Assembly: GCA_047602425.1 (NCBI GenBank)
Contig: JASGHG010000001.1
Location: forward strand, 832,001 to 896,000
Length of the DNA: 64,000 bases
Source of the DNA: Nibricoccus sp.
GTDB lineage: Bacteria; Verrucomicrobiota; Verrucomicrobiia; Opitutales; Opitutaceae
Direction of reading: 5' to 3'
A program made the position numbers and the translations under genes. Positions within the stretch are counted from its first letter, which is position 1. Each line of letters starts with the position of its first letter. Shown here piece after piece: positions 52,500-62,821 of the stretch. The notes below the pieces were generated by a model. It saw only the letters and a program-made list of their open reading frames with translations. It was not told the DNA's origin and did no database searches.

Positions 52500-53369
52500 T
52501 CAAGCCCGCAGCACAAATGAGCGGAGTGCCGCGGCAACTTGTTCCGGCTGTTCGGAAGGAGCAAAATGTCCACAATTCGCCAAGAGGGCTCCTTCCACCT
52601 CTGCGCAGCCAGCGCGGCGCAGACCGTCGATATAGTCTTCAATGGCACCGTGCTCATGGTCACCACGAAGGTAAAGGACCGGCGTTTGCACGGGGCGGCT
52701 ATGATCGGCCCGGTTATCCCTCTCGTCCTGATCAAAGGCCCGGTACCAGTCGAAGCCGGTCTGCAACGCGCCGGGTCGCGCATATGCCGCGGCATAACGC
52801 GCGCGCTCTTTCTCCGAAACTCCGCGCGGGCCGCCAAGGGTATTGAAAAAGAAGGCGAAATATTTCGGAATATTACCGGTAACGAGTGTTTCTGGCAACT
52901 TGGGCACCGCATGAAAAGCGAAATGCCACAGGTGCGGGTTGCCAATGACTTTGTCCCAGGGAGATAGACCGGGGATCACGATGTTCATCAGCACGGCGCG
53001 GGCGAAGATTTCCGGACAGCGACGGAGGCAGGCGTAAACGATTTGTCCGCCGATGTCGTGACCCACGAGAGTCACCGCGCGGAGCCCTAGAGAGCGGATC
53101 AACGTGGCCACCCGGGCGGCGAGCCAGCGTTTTTCACCGGATTGCGGAACGGTTTCCGAACCACCGATCCCGGGAAGATCGATCGCAACCACGTGTGTTT
53201 CGGCAGAGAGGATTCCCATGAGCGATTCATAGAGAGACCAATCCTCCGGCCAGCCATGGAGCAGCAAAAAGTCCGCTCCGTTGCTCTCCCCTGCCTCGAC
53301 CACGCGAATGACAAGGCCATCCACTTCAATCTGCCTGTGCCGCAAATTTGTTTTCGTTTGTAACGACAT
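52500..53369 (-). CDS. Alpha/beta hydrolase (epoxide hydrolase-like)
   Basis: LLHGWPE, DLPGIGGS, VGHDIGG, CGHFAPSEQP. Confidence 0.9.
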   Translation of the reverse strand: MSLQTKTNLRHRQIEVDGLVIRVVEAGESNGADFLLLHGWPEDWSLYESLMGILSAETHVVAIDLPGIGGSETVPQSGEKRWLAARVATLIRSLGLRAVTLVGHDIGGQIVYACLRRCPEIFARAVLMNIVIPGLSPWDKVIGNPHLWHFAFHAVPKLPETLVTGNIPKYFAFFFNTLGGPRGVSEKERARYAAAYARPGALQTGFDWYRAFDQDERDNRADHSRPVQTPVLYLRGDHEHGAIEDYIDGLRRAGCAEVEGALLANCGHFAPSEQPEQVAAALRSFVLRA

Positions 53370-53644
53370 AAATTCCTTTCCGCGCCACATCCCCATAGAC
53401 CGCTTCTACGCGAGTTTGTTGGAAACAAAAAAACAGAAGATACACCGACCTGCATTTAACAAGATCTGCGGTGATATTCATACCAATTGGTTCGGTTAGG
53501 ATGGACTCCTTCTTCGTTTTCCGGAAATTCAACGACGGTATTATCTCCAAGGAATAAGCCCCACGTTGGGCCGCGCGGCTTCTCGACTGCAGGACCGGGC
53601 GTGCGCCCCATGGTCAGAATCTCGATGCTCGACCATGCTGAGGC

Positions 53645-54670
53645 ATGGAATATCTATCGCTATCAAATACTGGAATTACGCGCCGCGAGGCGATTCGAGT
53701 CGGAGCGGCGACGGCGGCTGTGGCACTGGCGGCAAGTCCGATCGCGCTGGGACAAACAAAACAAGGCAAAGAGGCGGTCGCCACGGCCGCGCCCCTGATC
53801 GATCCAAAAGACAAATATCCCAAACCACCATTTAAGGAACAATCCCAGCCCTGGCCCGGACTCGCGGGCAAGATGGAGCCGAGGCCCGATCATGGGGAAA
53901 AAAGTTATCGCGGCTCGGGAAGATTGGCCGGGCGAAAAGCGCTGATCACGGGCGGCGATTCCGGCATCGGCCGGACCGCCGCCATCGCGTTCGCGCGTGA
54001 AGGTGCGGACGTGGCGATCAATTATTTCCCCACGGAAGAACCCGATGCGCGCGAGGTCATCGAACTGATCAAAGCCGAAGGCCGCAACGGCGTCGCCATT
54101 CCGGGAGATTTGCGCGACGAATCCTTTTGCCAGCAACTCGTGAAAACGGCGCTGCAAAAGCTCGGCGGCGTGGACATCGTGGTCTGCAATGCGGCGCGCC
54201 AACAAGTGCGCGAGTCGATTCTCGATGTCACCACGGAGGACTTCGATGCCACGATGAAAACCAACATCTATGCTCCATTCTGGATCATCAAGGCCGCCGT
54301 TCCGCAGCTCAATCCAGGCTCCGTCATCATCGGCACCGCCTCGGAGCAGGCTTACGACCCGTCTGCCAATCTCTACGACTACGCGCAAACGAAAGCAGCC
54401 ACGGTCAACTACGTGAAATCGCTTGCGAAGCAGCTTGCGCCAAAAGGCATTCGCGTGAACGCCGTCGCGCCCGGTCCGTTTTGGACGCCCTTGCAAATCA
54501 GCGGCGGGGCCACGATGGAAAAAGTGAAGGCCTTCGGCGAGGATAGTCCGATGAAACGCCCCGGCCAACCCGCGGAACTGGCGTCGATCTACGTTCAACT
54601 CGCAGCCAACGACGGGACATACACGACGGGCAACGTCTACGGCGCCGGTGGAGGCAAGGGGCAACCGTAG
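53645..54670 (+). CDS. SDR oxidoreductase (YghA-like) with a twin-arginine-like N-terminus
   Basis: PDHGEKSYRGSGRL, ITGGDSGIG, YAQTK, GIRVNAVAPGP. Confidence 0.93.
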   Translation: MEYLSLSNTGITRREAIRVGAATAAVALAASPIALGQTKQGKEAVATAAPLIDPKDKYPKPPFKEQSQPWPGLAGKMEPRPDHGEKSYRGSGRLAGRKALITGGDSGIGRTAAIAFAREGADVAINYFPTEEPDAREVIELIKAEGRNGVAIPGDLRDESFCQQLVKTALQKLGGVDIVVCNAARQQVRESILDVTTEDFDATMKTNIYAPFWIIKAAVPQLNPGSVIIGTASEQAYDPSANLYDYAQTKAATVNYVKSLAKQLAPKGIRVNAVAPGPFWTPLQISGGATMEKVKAFGEDSPMKRPGQPAELASIYVQLAANDGTYTTGNVYGAGGGKGQP

Positions 54671-54756
54671 CAGACGACTAATCGCCGAGAGACAAACAAC
54701 GAGCATCAAGGGACAAAGGCCGGCGGCCGACGGCTTCTCGTAGTTTTGTCTCTGGC

Positions 54757-54850
54757 AGGTAGATTGTACATCCCGACCCGCTGGTCTGGAAGTCGCGCAC
54801 CGGTTCGTTTGCGACATCGCTCCGCGCGCCGGGGATATCGCGCGCCACCT
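54757..54850. repeat. REP doublet (family C)
   Basis: aggtag...cccgacccgctgg ... gccggggatatcgcgcgccacct. Confidence 0.6.
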
Positions 54851-55013
54851 GCTGAGTCGCGCCGTTGGCCCTCTCTTGAAATACCGCAAGAATCCGTCTT
54901 GGGGCTTGTCGGTGGATCGTTGGTGTGGACAGCTCTCCGAGCTGTCCACAATCGTCGCAGATTTTTTCCTGTCCCGACGATGGCCATGAGATTCCGCGAA
55001 GCGCGGAACCAGT

Positions 55014-55655
55014 TCAGGAGGGCGTTTGCATCGTGCGGATGAAGGCGTCGGCTTCGCGGATCGAGTTTTCCATTTCGGAAATCAGGCGCGAGATGTCGGC
55101 TTCCAAGCCTTTGGCCGTCGTGCTCAGGCCGGCGATGGCTTGCGCATTGAGATTGTGTTTTAGGAAGAGCACTTGATCCCGGAATTTCACGAGAATCGGG
55201 TCCATGCTTTTGGCGGCGGCCTTCATCGTGCGCAACAAGCCCAGATAACGCTCGCGAGTCTGGTCGTACTGGCGCTCGCTTTGCACGCGCAGATTTTGAT
55301 CTGAATATTGTTTCAATTCGCTGCGCCATTCCTTGAAGAGGGCATCGGCGACGTCCTCAACTTTGGCAATGCGATCATTGACCGCCTGGGCGCGCGCTTC
55401 ACTGCGCTTGAATTCGGAATCGAGTTTCTCGTAGCGCGTTTTCAGGTCGCCAGTCTTCACCTGCGTGATGGCGAGGAACTGCTGCAGGGCATCCGAGAAT
55501 TGTTCCTTGGCTTGCGCCTGTGCCTTGCGGGCGTCGCCGACTCGGTCCACGAGGATTTCGCGCTTGGCAAAGCCGATCTTTTCCATCGCGCCATAGTAGG
55601 CTCCAGAGCAACCCGCCAGAACCAAAGCCAAACCGAACATGGAGAGAGTTCTCAT
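55014..55655 (-). CDS. DUF2959 family lipoprotein
   Basis: LAGC lipobox; YYGAMEKIG, KREILVDRV, DQVLFLKHNLNAQAI. Confidence 0.9.
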   Translation of the reverse strand: MRTLSMFGLALVLAGCSGAYYGAMEKIGFAKREILVDRVGDARKAQAQAKEQFSDALQQFLAITQVKTGDLKTRYEKLDSEFKRSEARAQAVNDRIAKVEDVADALFKEWRSELKQYSDQNLRVQSERQYDQTRERYLGLLRTMKAAAKSMDPILVKFRDQVLFLKHNLNAQAIAGLSTTAKGLEADISRLISEMENSIREADAFIRTMQTPS

Positions 55656-55780
55656 TTTAGGATCACCCGGATCGCTGAATGCGAGTGGGATTAATCAGTG
55701 AATTCGCGGGTGAGCTTTTCGCAAGCAGCGAGGGCTCGGCGTGGCCTGGATTCAGAAACTTCCAAAAACCGCGAGAAACG

Positions 55781-55809
55781 AACTAACGCGTTGAGTCAAC
55801 GTGCCCACC
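55781..55809 (-). repeat. REP element (family A)
   Basis: aactaacgcgttgagtcaacgtgcccacc. Confidence 0.6.
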
Positions 55810-55826
55810 GCAAATCCTGTCGTCGA

Positions 55827-56504
55827 TCAGCCTTCGCCGAGGGCGGCTTTCAATTTGGCGAGTTCGGCGCGAAGGGAAACAACTTCGGCTTCGAGGGCTG
55901 CGAAACGCTTCTCGGCTTCAGGTGGGAGCGTGAGCGATACCATCAGCGGCGCGGGTTCGTTGGCGGTGGAAACTGGATTGTTACCCGTAAGGCGTTGGGC
56001 CCAGCGGGCCTCTTTTTGGCCGGGTTGACGCGGAAGTTTTTGCACCAAGCCGCCGGCCGGGCGCGCGGCGAGGTCGGTGAGGAGGGTTTCGATTTCGGCG
56101 AGATCGACCGGAAGCGGACAGAGGCGTTCGGCGTTGCCGCGAAGGGAGGCAGTGGTTTGCGGACCGCGAAGGAGAAGTTCGGCGAGCAGCGCGACGGCGG
56201 CGCGTTCGAGCGGAAGAACGAGGTCGAGCGTATGTTTATGTTTCGGCACGCGAGCTTCGGCGCCGGCAAAAACACTGGCGAGGCGGCGATTACGCAGTCC
56301 TTCGAGGGCGGCCTCGACTTCGGTCGCGCCGACGTTGAGGACGGGATCGCGATTGCTCTTCTGATTGCAGGCAGCGACAAGGGAGTTGAGTGTCAGCGGG
56401 TAATATTCGGGCGTGGCCATTTCCTTCTCGATCAGGCAGCCGAGCACACGGGCTTCAAAGGCCGTCAACGGAGACTCAAGTGGAAGAGGCGTCGTTGTTT
56501 CCAT
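55827..56504 (-). CDS. YceH/DUF480 family protein
   Basis: EARVLGCLIEKEMATPEYYPLTLNSLVAACNQKSNRDPV and LLLRGPQT. Confidence 0.93.
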   Translation of the reverse strand: METTTPLPLESPLTAFEARVLGCLIEKEMATPEYYPLTLNSLVAACNQKSNRDPVLNVGATEVEAALEGLRNRRLASVFAGAEARVPKHKHTLDLVLPLERAAVALLAELLLRGPQTTASLRGNAERLCPLPVDLAEIETLLTDLAARPAGGLVQKLPRQPGQKEARWAQRLTGNNPVSTANEPAPLMVSLTLPPEAEKRFAALEAEVVSLRAELAKLKAALGEG

Positions 56505-56617
56505 ATTGTTGAATGAGACGCGTTAAAATTCCTGGCGCAAGGTCGAAGACGGTCCTGGAACACAGCAATAATTGTTAAAGAAGTGGGCAGAAACCCCGAT
56601 AAACTATTTACAACTCC

Positions 56618-57124
56618 ATGGTTCCCGCCGCCCCGATTGCCGACGAGCTCATCCACAAGTCGATCGTTCATGCTGTGCAGAACGTTTGTTCCACCATGCT
56701 CAAGCAGGAGGCCGGCTTTCTGGAAAAAACGCTCGAGCCCGATAACTCCAAGTTTGCGAATACCGCCCATGTCTTCGGCTGCGTGGGGTTTGTCGGCAAG
56801 ATCGACGGCGTCGTGTACCTGTGTTTTTCCGACGATTTCGCCAAGCATGCCGCCTCAAATATTTTGGGCCTCACGCCGCTTGAAATTCTGGCTGAAGGTG
56901 ACGCAGTCACCAAAGACGTGGTGGGCGAGATCACCAATATGACCGCGGGTTGTTTCAAAAACGTCCTTTGCGATCAGGGCTACCCCTGCAAGCTTACGCT
57001 GCCGACGATCGTGCGAGGTGAAAATCTTTGTGTCGCCGCCATGAAAGGCTGCACGCGGCATATTTTCCATTTCGATACCAAAGGCCACCGCCTGATCGCC
57101 GATATTCAGATCAAACAGGGTTAA
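56618..57124 (+). CDS. cheX: CheX-family chemotaxis phosphatase
   Basis: VGFVGKIDG, DVVGEITNMTAG, LTLPTIVRG. Confidence 0.85.
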   Translation: MVPAAPIADELIHKSIVHAVQNVCSTMLKQEAGFLEKTLEPDNSKFANTAHVFGCVGFVGKIDGVVYLCFSDDFAKHAASNILGLTPLEILAEGDAVTKDVVGEITNMTAGCFKNVLCDQGYPCKLTLPTIVRGENLCVAAMKGCTRHIFHFDTKGHRLIADIQIKQG

Positions 57125-57178
57125 GGGCTGCGTCTGCGGGTTCGACTTCCGGCAAGGGGCGTTCAACGTGTCCGCATC

Positions 57179-58318
57179 ATGACGCGTGTCCTCCGCCTGG
57201 CTGCTAGTGCAATTCTCTGGTTCGTTACCGGCTCGTTTCTTCAAGCCGTGGAGAGTTTCGTGTACTTCGGCACGACCAACGAAAGAAACACCAGTGAAGG
57301 CATCTATGTCGCCCGCTTCGATTCCGACTCGGGCAAACTTAGCCCGGCCACGCTCGCGGCGAAGATCGACAGCCCGGCGTTCATCAATTTTCACCCGAAC
57401 AAACTCGTACTCTACTCCGTCGGCGAAACAAAAACCGCCAGCGGCAAAACCCAAGGCCATGTCTCCGCATTCGCTACGGACCGCTCGACGGGCGCGCTTA
57501 CGCTGCTCAACCGCCAGCCAGGCGGCGGAGACGCCCTCTGCTACGTGCTGGTCGATGCCGCCGGCCATGTCGCACTCACAGCGGCCTATCGTGATGGGTT
57601 CGTGGCTGCTCATCCCCTGAGGGAAGATGGTTCGCTCGGCGAATATTCGTCCCTTATCCGTCACACCGGTTCCAGTGTGGGGCCGCGCCAGAAATCTCCG
57701 CATGCGCACAACATCGACCTCGATCCCGCCAATCGCTTCGCGCTCGTGGCCGATCTTGGGACCGATCAGGTTGTCACCTATCGACTCGATCCCGCGGCGG
57801 GAACTCTTTCGCCGCAATCTCAACCTTTTCGCACCAAGCTCGGCGCCGGACCGCGCCACATCGCCTTCGGTCCATCAGGTCGTCACGTTTATATCCTTAA
57901 CGAAATCGACAACACGCTGATCGCGGCCGATTACGATTCCACAACCGGTCACCTGAAGGAAAAGCAAATAGTACCGCTTTTACCCTCCGATTTCAAAGAC
58001 CAGAGCACCGCCGCCGAAGTCGTAGTCCATCCGTCCGGCAAATTTCTCTACGCGTCGAACCGGGGCTTCGACAGCCTTGCGCTCTTTTCGATCGAACCGA
58101 CCACAGGAAAACTCACTTTCGTCGAATACGTGCGTGAAGGAGTCAATCACCCGCGCCACTTCGCCATCGACCCTTCAGGCCATTGGTTGCTCTGCGCCAA
58201 TCGCGACGCCAACACGGTAACCGTTTATCGCATCGCACTCGATTCCGGCCGCCTCAGCCCAACCGGGTCTGCGATTCGGATTCCAATGCCGACCTGCGTA
58301 AAATTTCGTACACCGTAA
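57179..58318 (+). CDS. Lactonase family beta-propeller (6-phosphogluconolactonase-like)
   Basis: RQKSPHAH, ADLGTD, GAGPRH, LYASNRG, PRHFAIDP. Confidence 0.92.
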   Translation: MTRVLRLAASAILWFVTGSFLQAVESFVYFGTTNERNTSEGIYVARFDSDSGKLSPATLAAKIDSPAFINFHPNKLVLYSVGETKTASGKTQGHVSAFATDRSTGALTLLNRQPGGGDALCYVLVDAAGHVALTAAYRDGFVAAHPLREDGSLGEYSSLIRHTGSSVGPRQKSPHAHNIDLDPANRFALVADLGTDQVVTYRLDPAAGTLSPQSQPFRTKLGAGPRHIAFGPSGRHVYILNEIDNTLIAADYDSTTGHLKEKQIVPLLPSDFKDQSTAAEVVVHPSGKFLYASNRGFDSLALFSIEPTTGKLTFVEYVREGVNHPRHFAIDPSGHWLLCANRDANTVTVYRIALDSGRLSPTGSAIRIPMPTCVKFRTP

Positions 58319-58401
58319 ATCGAGGTCGGACAAGGCCACGTATTCCATTGCCATGAGGCAGGAAACTGGTTTTTGCTGCCCGTCTATTTCCAAATAAATC
58401 C

Positions 58402-59856
58402 ATGACCTATTCCGGCGAACCAAGGGACCCCGCACACGGCAACAATGAATTCGTATCCGACGATGCGATTGATCTGCGCGATCTTTTCGCACGCCTCTGG
58501 CGCGGAATGCCGCAGATCCTCGGCCTCGCGCTGCTCGGCCTGGCTTTTGCCGGCTTCGGTTATATGATTTTCAGCCCGTTCCAATCGGTATCGACCAGCA
58601 CCCGCGTAGTCTTCGCCTTTGCCGGTTTCGAAAAGAATCAATATCCCGACGGATCCAAATTCCAAGCCGACGACATTCGTGCTCCTGACGTTGTGCTGGA
58701 AGCGCTCAAACGCCGCAATCTGGATACTTCCAGTAACTTCCAATCGCAGATTCGCGCCGCTCTCTCGATTGAGGGAATTATTCCGCCGTACATCATCAAG
58801 GATCGTGACCGTCTCCGCGCCGCCGGTCAGACGCCAGCGGTCTATGTGCCCGACGAATATACCGTAAAGCTGACCCTTCCGCGCAAATTCCCCCTCGATA
58901 AAGTACAACGCCAGCAACTGCTCAACGAAATCGTCTCGGTGTACCGCGAAAACTTCCGCCGCACTTATGCCGATACGCCGCTTTCACTCGGCAACGCCCT
59001 GACCGTGCTGAAAAACGCCGACTATCCGGATTACGAAGCCGTTTTCGACCGCGAGATGCGCAGCATCATGAGCTATCTTACCGAGAAGTCCGATACCGCT
59101 AAACTCTTTCGCTCCCCCACCACGAATTTGACCTTCAGCGATCTACTCAAACAAGCCCAGCTCTTCAGCCAGATTTACCTCTACGAAGTTTTGGGGCTCA
59201 TTCGCGAAAACGGTCTCGCGCACAATCGTAAGATCGCGCTGGTAAAGATGTACGATGCCTTACGCCAGCTGAACGATGAAGAGCGCCGCGCCCTCAATGC
59301 CGAGAGCGTGGTCACGGGCTTGCTCAAGCAAGCGGGAGAACGTGAGCAAAACTACGTCCTCGGCATCAAAGGCCAGGCCACCCAGCCGCGCACAAGCACC
59401 CCGGTTGTCGATCAAAGCGTGATCGATTCCCTGCTCGCCAACGATTCCTATTCCTTCCTCGTCAAGCAGGCTCTGCAAGCAGGTCTCAAAGTGAAACAAG
59501 TGCAGGACGAAAAAGCCTGGCAACTCGATCAAATCGAAAACATGAAGGCCGTCGAAAAAGCCGCGGCCAGCGACCAGGCCGCCGTCATCGCACAAGTGGC
59601 AAAATCGATGTCGAGACTGGAAATCGCCTACAACGATCTCATCGATAGCATCAGAAAGACCCATAATGATTATTCACGTCAGACTTTTGGCGATGCCGTC
59701 CGTCTTTCGGATCAGATTAACAACGAAAGCACGATCCGTCCCATCGTGATGCCCGCCGCCGTTGGCGGTTTTCTCGGGTTCGCCCTTGGCGCAGGTCTCA
59801 GCCTGCTTGGTATCTATATCGGCCGTAAAGTTCAGCCAGTCGCAACCGCGGCCTAA
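58402..59856 (+). CDS. Polysaccharide co-polymerase (Wzz-like) membrane protein
   Basis: DAIDLRDLFARLW before the N-terminal TM, a large helical periplasmic region, and a Gly-rich C-terminal TM. Confidence 0.65.
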   Translation: MTYSGEPRDPAHGNNEFVSDDAIDLRDLFARLWRGMPQILGLALLGLAFAGFGYMIFSPFQSVSTSTRVVFAFAGFEKNQYPDGSKFQADDIRAPDVVLEALKRRNLDTSSNFQSQIRAALSIEGIIPPYIIKDRDRLRAAGQTPAVYVPDEYTVKLTLPRKFPLDKVQRQQLLNEIVSVYRENFRRTYADTPLSLGNALTVLKNADYPDYEAVFDREMRSIMSYLTEKSDTAKLFRSPTTNLTFSDLLKQAQLFSQIYLYEVLGLIRENGLAHNRKIALVKMYDALRQLNDEERRALNAESVVTGLLKQAGEREQNYVLGIKGQATQPRTSTPVVDQSVIDSLLANDSYSFLVKQALQAGLKVKQVQDEKAWQLDQIENMKAVEKAAASDQAAVIAQVAKSMSRLEIAYNDLIDSIRKTHNDYSRQTFGDAVRLSDQINNESTIRPIVMPAAVGGFLGFALGAGLSLLGIYIGRKVQPVATAA

Positions 59857-59875
59857 GCGTTTCAAAAATATTCAT

Positions 59876-60685
59876 TCAAGGGCCAGCTTTTGTCGCTGGC
59901 CCTTTTTGCTGCGCTTTCAACAGCTGGCGTTCCAACCGGTCGGCCTTCTGGGCGTAAAACCACGAGTTCTTGATCAGTCCGCGATTGCCCACGATCGAAA
60001 ACGCCGCCGACATCAACAGCATGAACGCCGCCGCCCGAACCACTTCCCGCCAACTACTAAAAAGGCGCAAAGCAAAATAAATCGCGAGCAGGATGATCCA
60101 CAGCATCATCGTCAAATAACCAGTCGAAAGAAGGCAGCGTTTGAGGTTTCGCTCGTTCATGCCTTCCGGAATCATCGGACGCGGCAGTTTCACCCGGGCA
60201 GAGGGATCGGATGCGCCTTCCTTCATGATGAACTTCCAGCCCTTTTCCAGCGGCACGATTTCCGCGATATTGTGGAGGTCGTGGAAACTATCCTTGTCGA
60301 AGCGGCAAAGCTCCTCTTCGCGCCGATTGATCATGCGGAAATTGGTGATGGTGAATTCGCCCGCGCCATCCTTGTACGGATCGAGTCGCAAATCCACCAG
60401 CGGCGCATCCTGCAAGGGGAACGTGTAGGTGAACGCCATGTCGCTTGGGCCAATCGGAATACGGATCAAGTCGAGTTCGTTAAAGCGGCGGCCAAAATTC
60501 AAATAGATCTGAGTCTCGCCGTCGCGGTTCGCTGCACAGGTGATTTCGAGGTATTGCAGGCCGCTCGATGGATTGTTCAGCGGATAATACTCCAATGGAA
60601 TCGTCTGCGGCACGAACCAAGCACCAGCAGCAACAACAAGCACCAACAGGGCGCGCCACCAGGAGGGTTGGAAGGGATCGGGCAT
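59876..60685 (-). CDS. Hypothetical membrane protein
   Basis: 269-aa ORF with an N-terminal TM, a beta domain (LRLDP) and two C-terminal TMs. Confidence 0.75.
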   Translation of the reverse strand: MPDPFQPSWWRALLVLVVAAGAWFVPQTIPLEYYPLNNPSSGLQYLEITCAANRDGETQIYLNFGRRFNELDLIRIPIGPSDMAFTYTFPLQDAPLVDLRLDPYKDGAGEFTITNFRMINRREEELCRFDKDSFHDLHNIAEIVPLEKGWKFIMKEGASDPSARVKLPRPMIPEGMNERNLKRCLLSTGYLTMMLWIILLAIYFALRLFSSWREVVRAAAFMLLMSAAFSIVGNRGLIKNSWFYAQKADRLERQLLKAQQKGPATKAGP

Positions 60686-60756
60686 GGGAATGCGTCGGAC
60701 TTATGTCGACGTGCAGTTCAGGCGCAAATCTTTACGTCAAAACACCCCAACCGGAA

Positions 60757-61695
60757 TCAATGCCCCGCCAACGGCCGCTCTGGTTTGATGACGTAACCTG
60801 CGCCATCCATTTCAACCACAACCGTTCCGCAGAGACCGTTGACATACGCAGGGATCTTGCGCCCCGCACACCATTCGCGCGCACGCTTGCTACGCAACGC
60901 AAACCAAAGATCCCGCGGGGAAGGGATCAGCACGTCCTTCGGATTGACCTTCTCAAAAAACTCGTTGGGCGCCAACCCCTCCGTGCCGTGATGTGGCATT
61001 TTGAGCAAATCGGCCTTCAGATCGAAACCGCTCGTCGCCAGCCATGCTCCTAACTTCTGGTTGAGGTCGCCGGTAAACAATACCCGCGTCGAGCCATGTG
61101 TCAGCCGGAGGATGATACTTGTATCATTGATGTCGGTTTTGCCCACCGGAGTATCAATGCCATCATAAAGGCAGACAGCCTCGAGTGTCGTGGTCAGTCC
61201 GCCTCGTTTAACCTCAACCAATCGTTCGCCGATTCGAGGGATAAAATACGGAATGCGCCGATCGGACAGAAAACGGAGCAAATTTTGGACGTCTTCCCAG
61301 TTACAGCCCCAAGGTTTTTCAACGTCGGCCAATTCGCGAGATCCCGGAAGATTAAGCGCCACCCGGTCCACCTTCACACCACCATCGATGATGTCGCGCA
61401 ACTTGCCATAGTGATCCCAGTGCAAATGCGACAGCACAACCAAGCTGATCCGGTCGATTTTTCGCGCTTTCAACAAACTCAATGCGGCGCCTTTGGAGTC
61501 CCAACCTTCGGCCACGTCGATCAACACTCGTTGTCCGTCGGGCAACTCCAATAAATGGCAATCGGCCTGCCCCTGCGCGCCCTGAACGTTGAGCATCGTC
61601 CAGCGGGCATGCGAAGGCTTCCGGCAGGCCGTGACGCACAGCGTCAAAGCCAACACGACAAACATCAAAGTGCAGCGAAAAGACCGGACTAACAT
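60757..61695 (-). CDS. ComEC/Rec2-like MBL-fold metallo-hydrolase
   Basis: LSHLHWDHYG, NDTSII, LFTGDL, KMPHHG. Confidence 0.88.
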   Translation of the reverse strand: MLVRSFRCTLMFVVLALTLCVTACRKPSHARWTMLNVQGAQGQADCHLLELPDGQRVLIDVAEGWDSKGAALSLLKARKIDRISLVVLSHLHWDHYGKLRDIIDGGVKVDRVALNLPGSRELADVEKPWGCNWEDVQNLLRFLSDRRIPYFIPRIGERLVEVKRGGLTTTLEAVCLYDGIDTPVGKTDINDTSIILRLTHGSTRVLFTGDLNQKLGAWLATSGFDLKADLLKMPHHGTEGLAPNEFFEKVNPKDVLIPSPRDLWFALRSKRAREWCAGRKIPAYVNGLCGTVVVEMDGAGYVIKPERPLAGH

Positions 61696-61835
61696 CAAAC
61701 AGGGGTAGGAAGCTAGGGAGGAAGTTGGAGCCCCTAGAGAACACAGATTCCGCGCCTTTCCAATCCCTTTGCTCAAAAACGTTGAAAAAACCGCCAAATC
61801 GCACGGCTATGAAGGTGTCGAAACATCCCAAGCCC

Positions 61836-62819
61836 ATGCTGATAACCCGCTCCCCTCTTCGCATTTCCCTCGGTGGCGGCGGCACAGACCTGCCGTCCTA
61901 CTACCGCGAATACGGCGGCTTCCTCGTGGCGGCGGCGATCGACAAGTACGTCTATATTATCCTCAACCAACGTTTCACCGACAAATTTCTCCTGAAATAT
62001 TCGCGGTTGGAGGAAGCCTCGTCCGTTCAGGAAATCCAACATCCCATTATTCGCGAATCGCTTCTGGCCGTCGATCTGCAGCGCCCAAATCTGGAAATCA
62101 CCTCGATGGCCGACATACCGGCCGGCACCGGACTCGGTTCCTCAGGTAGTTTCACGACTGCACTGCTCAAGGCGCTTCATACCCAGAAAAAAAATATCGT
62201 CCATCCCGCGCAACTTGCCGAACAAGCCTGCCACATCGAAATCGACCGTCTCGGTGAACCCATCGGCAAACAGGATCAATATATCGCCGCAATCGGAGGC
62301 ATAACCGCCTTCACCTTTCATCCGGACGGTCGCGTGGACTATCGTCCATGCAAAATCTCCGAGGAAACTCTGTTCAACCTCGAGGATAACCTGCTGCTTT
62401 TTTTCACCGGTTATTCTCGAAGTGCCTCATCCATTCTCAAGGACCAAAAAGTTCGCAGCGAGCGGAACGACCAGGCCATGCTCGACAATCTGCATTTCAC
62501 CAAAGATCTCGGCTACAAATCCCTCGCCGCGCTCGAATCCGACAATCTGGAGGAATTTGCGCGCCTGATGGACGTCCATTGGCAGCGCAAGAAGGCGCGT
62601 TCCAACGGCATGAGCAACGACCAGATCAACCAATGGTACGACTTCGCCATGGCCAATGGCGCGCTCGGCGGCAAACTCATCGGCGCCGGCGGCGGCGGCT
62701 TCCTGATGTTCTACGCCGGCGATAAAAAGCGCCTGCGTCACGCGATGCGTGAAAAGGGCCTGCAGGAAGTTCGTTTTCGCTTCGATTTCGAAGGCTGCAA
62801 AGTCGAAGCGCAGAACTAA
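61836..62819 (+). CDS. hddA: GHMP kinase, D-glycero-D-manno-heptose 7-phosphate kinase-like
   Basis: RSPLRISLGGGGTDLP, DIPAGTGLGSSG, GKQDQY, GAGGGGF. Confidence 0.85.
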   Translation: MLITRSPLRISLGGGGTDLPSYYREYGGFLVAAAIDKYVYIILNQRFTDKFLLKYSRLEEASSVQEIQHPIIRESLLAVDLQRPNLEITSMADIPAGTGLGSSGSFTTALLKALHTQKKNIVHPAQLAEQACHIEIDRLGEPIGKQDQYIAAIGGITAFTFHPDGRVDYRPCKISEETLFNLEDNLLLFFTGYSRSASSILKDQKVRSERNDQAMLDNLHFTKDLGYKSLAALESDNLEEFARLMDVHWQRKKARSNGMSNDQINQWYDFAMANGALGGKLIGAGGGGFLMFYAGDKKRLRHAMREKGLQEVRFRFDFEGCKVEAQN

Positions 62820-62821
62820 GC

